Shown here: piece after piece, positions 56,870 to 64,000 of the stretch
Layout of the letters: each line of letters opens with the position of its first letter
Numbering within the stretch: position 1 is the first letter of the stretch
Assembly (NCBI GenBank): GCA_031412945.1
Contig: JANODY010000006.1
Location: forward strand, 35,224 to 99,223
Direction: 5' to 3'
Length of the DNA stretch: 64,000 bases
From: Cyanobacteria bacterium SOY_65_metabat_81
Lineage (GTDB): Bacteria > Cyanobacteriota > Cyanobacteriia > Pseudanabaenales > Pseudanabaenaceae
Translations under genes and position numbers: made by a program
Notes under the pieces: generated by a model
Database searches by the model: none
What the model was told of the DNA's origin: nothing
Seen by the model: only the letters and a program-made list of their open reading frames with translations

Positions 56870-57577
56870 CTATTCTTCTGGATTTACTGGTTCTATATTA
56901 ACAAGCTCAACGGAGTTTGGGGCATTGCGAGCATCGGTGAAGTCCGTGCCTTCAATGCTTTTGAGCGTTGATAAATAAGTTCCTGTGAGATCTGCGCCAA
57001 TTAACTTAGCATTGGCAAGATTTGCCCAATTTAGCTTGGCATCGGTCAGATTAGCCCGACTAAGATCTGCACCCGCTAGATTGGCTCCTGTCAGATTGGC
57101 TCTGGTGAGATCCGCTCCTGTGAGATTTGCGCCACGCAAGTCCGCTCCATTTAAATAAGCACCTGTCAAAAAGGCATTGGTAAGATTAGCTCGACATAGA
57201 CGCGATCGCGTCAGATTGGCACTGGTCAGAAATGCGTTAGAAAAATTAGCTTCAACTAAGATCGCATCGCTCAAATCAGCTTCGATTAAGAAAGCTTCTG
57301 AAAGATTTGCCCCAATCAATGAAGCTTGTTCGAGAATCGTGCCATTGAGATTTGCTTGGATCAAAATCGAGCCACTCAGATTAGCGCGGACTAAATTAGC
57401 CAGATTTAGTTCCACATCTTCTAGATTAGCCACATCGAGCGTAATCTCTTCGAGATCGGCTTCGATGAAGTTGGCTCCAGACAGGTTCGCTCCAGTCAAT
57501 ATCAATCCGATCAGCGATCGCTTACTAAAGTCGCGATCGCCCAAAGCGTAACTTTCGAGAAGTTCTTTTGCGTTCAT
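56870..57577 (-). CDS. Pentapeptide repeat protein
   Basis: About 40 consecutive pentapeptides (ANLSGANFIEADLEE..., ADLRGANLTGADLTRANLTGANLAGADLSRANL). Confidence 0.9.
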   Translation of the reverse strand: MNAKELLESYALGDRDFSKRSLIGLILTGANLSGANFIEADLEEITLDVANLEDVELNLANLVRANLSGSILIQANLNGTILEQASLIGANLSEAFLIEADLSDAILVEANFSNAFLTSANLTRSRLCRANLTNAFLTGAYLNGADLRGANLTGADLTRANLTGANLAGADLSRANLTDAKLNWANLANAKLIGADLTGTYLSTLKSIEGTDFTDARNAPNSVELVNIEPVNPEE

Positions 57578-57595
57578 GGTAATTGAAAAAAAAAG

Positions 57596-58603
<1,008 letters not shown>

Positions 58604-58731
58604 TTATTAACTGATGTTTATTAACTTTTCTTAAGGGTTTTGGCTTAAAAATAGGTGTTTTTTAGTTATGCATTATACCAGAATGATTCACGATGAGATG
58701 ATTGTTAGTAATTCTGATGATGAAATGATTG

Positions 58732-58767
58732 GTGAGTAGGGGCAGTTCATGAACTGCCCCTACTCAC
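58732..58767. repeat. 36-bp perfect palindrome (stand-alone copy of the family B core)
   Basis: GTGAGTAGGGGCAGTTC-AT-GAACTGCCCCTACTCAC. Confidence 0.9.
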
Positions 58768-59625
58768 TTTGCGTAAGCTAGCACTTGGGGCAAGTTCGCT
58801 ATTATTTTGTTCGGCTTTGCGGATGTTGATAATTTCTAGAGCCGTCCCCTGAAGAGTGCGATCGCGATAGGGAATAGCCGCACGCGTTTTTAGAAAAGCA
58901 GCTTCATTTTCTGAGATTGGCGGTAATAGGTTTGGGGCAAAGGCGGCGATTGTGCTGGGGGATTTGCGACCGACAGGGGCGATCGCCCCAATTTGTAATC
59001 CAGCCTGAAGCATGGCGGCGCGGACAGCTGATGATGAAGAATAGGTAACTAGATATCCGTCAGGCTTGAGACAATTGGCTAAAAGCTGCATAAACTCCAC
59101 TGTCCAGAGTTGGGGGCAATGGGGCGGCGAGAATGGATCGAGAAAAATAGCATCAGCCCATTGGCTTGGAACTTGGCTGATGGTTTGTCTAGCATCTCCA
59201 ATTAATAGTTGCAAATCTAGTTTTAATCCCAAATCTTCAGTTTCGACAGTTTGGGTGGCGGCGGCGGTGGTTAATATGTGGGCGATCGCAGGTGACCAAA
59301 TATTTACTAATCCTGTGGCGATCGCTTTTTGAGGGACTTCTAGATTATTTTCGAGGGCGATGATATTTAGATGGGCTGGGCTTGAATCCGATAGCTCTGA
59401 GACACAGGCGATCGCGGCGGCGGTGTTGTAACCCAAGCCATAGCAGACATCCAGAATATTAAGTTGAGTTTGGGTTTTGGCTTTTTCGGCAATTTTGGCG
59501 GGTATCACAAATTTGGCCTCAGATTCATGCTTTGCGCCATGGGAGCTATGAAAGGTTTCTTGAAATGTCTCTGACCAAAAGGTGACAGAACCATCTTCGG
59601 TAGGAAAAAGTGAAAGTACATCCAT
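58747..59625 (-). CDS. MnmC/MnmD-type tRNA (mnm5s2U34) methyltransferase domain protein
   Basis: ILDVCYGLGYN SAM motif, DAIFLDPFSPPHCPQLWT, LKPDGYLVTYSSS. Confidence 0.75.
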   Translation of the reverse strand: MDVLSLFPTEDGSVTFWSETFQETFHSSHGAKHESEAKFVIPAKIAEKAKTQTQLNILDVCYGLGYNTAAAIACVSELSDSSPAHLNIIALENNLEVPQKAIATGLVNIWSPAIAHILTTAAATQTVETEDLGLKLDLQLLIGDARQTISQVPSQWADAIFLDPFSPPHCPQLWTVEFMQLLANCLKPDGYLVTYSSSSAVRAAMLQAGLQIGAIAPVGRKSPSTIAAFAPNLLPPISENEAAFLKTRAAIPYRDRTLQGTALEIINIRKAEQNNSELAPSASLRKVSRGSS

Positions 59626-59666
59626 ATTAATGAATTAATGAGGCTGAATCTTGTAAGATATCTTTT

Positions 59667-59770
59667 TATAGCAATCCGAAATCATTTATGAGAAAAATAG
59701 GGCTTCGACTTCGCTCAGCCAGCGTATATCCGAAGTCGAAACCTCTCACAACTCATTTAGGATTGCTATA
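59667..59770. mobile_element. MITE-like element, family B, copy 2
   Basis: It has the same termini, TATAGCAATCC...GGATTGCTATA, but a different internal hairpin (CTTCGACTTCG...CGAAGTCGAA). Confidence 0.75.
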
Positions 59771-59773
59771 GTA

Positions 59774-60487
59774 TTGCTTGTCGTTAGACCAACATTTTCA
59801 AGCCGTAAAGCCACGGAATTTCATGAACATTACCAAAATATTAAGAACTTGATCAAAGCAAGAGTTACTGAATGTTATCGCTCCCAAGGGTATGAGGTTA
59901 TTGATCAACCAACTGTCGATCAGATGCCTTTTAATTTGGAGGCATATTGTCCTGACTTGCTGGTGAAGGTATCCGAGCATCAAGGATTTATCATTGAGAC
60001 TAAAGATGTCGCCACTAATTTAGCCATTGATCATTACAGCAACCTCGCTAAAATCGTCGCCGAGCATAGTGGATGGCAATTTTTACTAATTACTGGCGAA
60101 GATGCGACCCCGATCGCTGAAGAAGACATTATTGATCATAAATTAACCCGATCGCAGATCTTGCATCGTAAAGAGCGCATCGCTAAGTTGATTTCGATTG
60201 GAGAATATGAGGCGGCGTTTTTATCATTGTGGATATTTATCGAAGTCTTGATGAGAAGACTTGCCAAACAGTCTTTAATTCCCATTGATCGATTGCCGAC
60301 AATGTTGATGATTCAGCATTTTTATGATCAATCGATGATTTCATCTGACCAATTTGAACGGGCGATCGCCTTAGCTGAGATTAGACATCGAGTTGCTCAT
60401 GGATTTCCTGTTAAGCCTCTAAATCTTAATGAAGCGATCGAAAAACTTTTAAATTTAGTAGATGAATTTATTGTCATGCAAGCTTAA
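59774..60487 (+). CDS. Hypothetical protein: N-terminal PD-(D/E)xK nuclease-like motif plus C-terminal HEPN-like Rx4H motif
   Basis: CPDLLVKVSEHQGFIIETK (PD...ExK) and AEIRHRVAHG (R-x4-H). The TTG start abuts MITE B2, so the start is uncertain. Confidence 0.6.
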   Translation: MLVVRPTFSSRKATEFHEHYQNIKNLIKARVTECYRSQGYEVIDQPTVDQMPFNLEAYCPDLLVKVSEHQGFIIETKDVATNLAIDHYSNLAKIVAEHSGWQFLLITGEDATPIAEEDIIDHKLTRSQILHRKERIAKLISIGEYEAAFLSLWIFIEVLMRRLAKQSLIPIDRLPTMLMIQHFYDQSMISSDQFERAIALAEIRHRVAHGFPVKPLNLNEAIEKLLNLVDEFIVMQA

Positions 60488-60512
60488 AAAAGCGTGCTTC
60501 GCACGCTTTTTT
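60486..60512. terminator. Bidirectional terminator
   Basis: AAAAAAGCGTGC-TTC-GCACGCTTTTTT. Confidence 0.7.
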
Positions 60513-60522
60513 CTTTAAGGTT

Positions 60523-61914
60523 TTAGACCTTAGCTAGCCCTTGTTGACGCGCCACTGCATGAACAGCCGCAGCCACGGCTTGGCAAACACGAGGATCAAA
60601 AACAGAAGGAATAATAAAATCAGGAGCAAGATCACTGCTACTAACTAGAGATGCGATCGCGATCGCTGCGCCTAAGTTCATCTGAGTAGTGATTTGGGTA
60701 ACTCTTGCATCAAGCGCTCCACGGAAAATACCAGGGAAGGCAAGCACATTGTTGATTTGGTTAGGATAGTCACTGCGACCTGTGGCAATTACGGCAGCAT
60801 CATGTTCGATTAGTTCAGGACGAATCTCAGGATCGGGATTTGCCATCGCAAACACGATCGCCGCAGGAGCCATGCTTCTGACCATTTCGGGCGTGAGCGC
60901 TCCCTTGACACTTAGCCCGATAAATATATCGGCTCCCTTGAGCGTGTCTGCTAATGAACCAGATGACTCACTAGCAAATTCTAATTTTTCAGGAGTCAGG
61001 TCTGGGCGATCTTTGCTGATGCAACCCTTAGAGTCACACATCTCAATCTTGGTTACCCCTGCCTCGCGCAATAGTCTGGCCACCGCGATACCCGCCGCCC
61101 CTGCACCATTCATCACCACGCGGACGGACTCAATCGGTTTGCTGACGACTTTAAGCGCGTTGATGGTGGCGGCAACAACGACGATCGCCGTGCCATGTTG
61201 ATCATCGTGATAGACAGGAATATCTAATTCGGCTTTGAGGCGTTTTTCAATTTCAAAACAGCGGGGGGCGCTAATGTCCTCGAGATTCACTCCACCAAAG
61301 GTCGGCGCAATGCGTTTGACTGTTTCTACGATTTCGTCAACATCTTTAGTGTCGAGGCAAATAGGAAACGCATCTAGCCCCGCAAATTGTTTAAATAACA
61401 TCGCCTTGCCTTCCATGACAGGCATGGCGGCTTCGGGTCCAATATCGCCTAATCCCAATACAGCCGTACCGTCAGTAACTACGGCGATGGTATTGCATTT
61501 AATGGTGTAATCATAAACCTTGCGCTTATCTTCGGCGATCGCCATACATACGCGCCCCACCCCAGGCGTATAGACCATAGCGAGGTCATCTTGTCCTTTG
61601 ACCGCCACTTTAGATTCGAGATGGATTTTACCGCCTTTGTGAATATTAAAAGTGCGATCGTAAACATCAATCACCCGAATTTCAGGAACTGCCTTCACGA
61701 CGGCGATCAACTTATCCATATGCTCAGCGCTGTAAGCATTTACGGTAATGTCGCGCACCGAAATTTTGCGAGTCTGTTGGATCAGATCAATCTGTCCAAG
61801 ATTCCCGCCTGCTTCAGCTAGAGCGCCAATGACAGAAGACAGCATCCCTGCGCGATTGAGTAGTTGCAAGCGGAAGGTTAAGCTAAAGCTAGGGTTTGGT
61901 GTTAATTTTTGCAT
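60523..61914 (-). CDS. NAD(P)-dependent malic enzyme with an N-terminal ACT domain
   Basis: VYTPGV, VVTDGTAVLGLGDIG, FGGVNLEDI, GAGAAG. ATG at 61914 is preferred. Confidence 0.9.
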   Translation of the reverse strand: MQKLTPNPSFSLTFRLQLLNRAGMLSSVIGALAEAGGNLGQIDLIQQTRKISVRDITVNAYSAEHMDKLIAVVKAVPEIRVIDVYDRTFNIHKGGKIHLESKVAVKGQDDLAMVYTPGVGRVCMAIAEDKRKVYDYTIKCNTIAVVTDGTAVLGLGDIGPEAAMPVMEGKAMLFKQFAGLDAFPICLDTKDVDEIVETVKRIAPTFGGVNLEDISAPRCFEIEKRLKAELDIPVYHDDQHGTAIVVVAATINALKVVSKPIESVRVVMNGAGAAGIAVARLLREAGVTKIEMCDSKGCISKDRPDLTPEKLEFASESSGSLADTLKGADIFIGLSVKGALTPEMVRSMAPAAIVFAMANPDPEIRPELIEHDAAVIATGRSDYPNQINNVLAFPGIFRGALDARVTQITTQMNLGAAIAIASLVSSSDLAPDFIIPSVFDPRVCQAVAAAVHAVARQQGLAKV

Positions 61915-62196
61915 CGTGAAGATTAAATAATTGCATAGTCTCAAGCCATGCTTGATGCTATGCATGTTATCCGATCGTTTGTTTGTGTTGCGTTACAAAT
62001 AGCACGATTGATCAAAGTACAGCGCTTTGCGCCGCCACTTATCTTTTGGGTTTTACATCCTTTACAAAACTTATCGTGTCTTTTTGGTTGAAATACCTGT
62101 AAATGCGGCATTTTCTGATGAGATAGAGTTAGATATTTAAGTTGGAAAACCCTATACTTGGGTAGATATTATTTCGACTTTTTACATACCCTTTAA

Positions 62197-64000
<1,804 letters not shown>

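Overview
This is a chromosomal window from a cyanobacterium. The evidence is the HIP1 octamer GCGATCGC recurring every few hundred bp, plus apcE, psbX, the sRNA Yfr1 and pentapeptide-repeat genes. I support about 60 protein genes, 2 tRNAs, 1 recognisable sRNA, one IS1341-type tnpB element, several MITE or palindrome families and many hairpin terminators. There is no rRNA and no CRISPR array.

Most genes are housekeeping: glmM, tcdA, tatA, tsaE, moaC, ilvA, mreBCD, gpsA, rimO, gltX, fur, speA, htpG, a 1-Cys peroxiredoxin, ampG, trxA, pyrR, eno, hemB and a malic enzyme. apcE runs off the right edge. Two real genes shorter than 60 aa are absent from the ORF track: tatA (7410-7586) and psbX (45087-45206).

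The most unusual content is:
- A 3,024-bp cassette sits in the 3' end of an SNF2 helicase gene, bracketed by a 214-bp direct repeat of that gene end. It carries a TumE/DUF6516-like two-gene module and a CHAT (caspase-like) TPR protein, with no recombinase.
- A tnpB gene carries a 57-nt hairpin-forming in-frame insertion, and an orphan 58-nt copy of its right end lies 25 kb away with compensatory stem changes.
- One sensor kinase combines a LOV domain with a DXCF-type cyanobacteriochrome GAF domain.
- An orphan ORF appears to fuse a PD-(D/E)xK nuclease to a HEPN domain.
- A secreted NTF2-like protein ends in HHSS, which makes it a candidate iota-carbonic anhydrase.
- The 322-nt trxA-pyrR spacer is structured and unassigned.

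All homology calls come from motif recognition by eye. No database searches were run.
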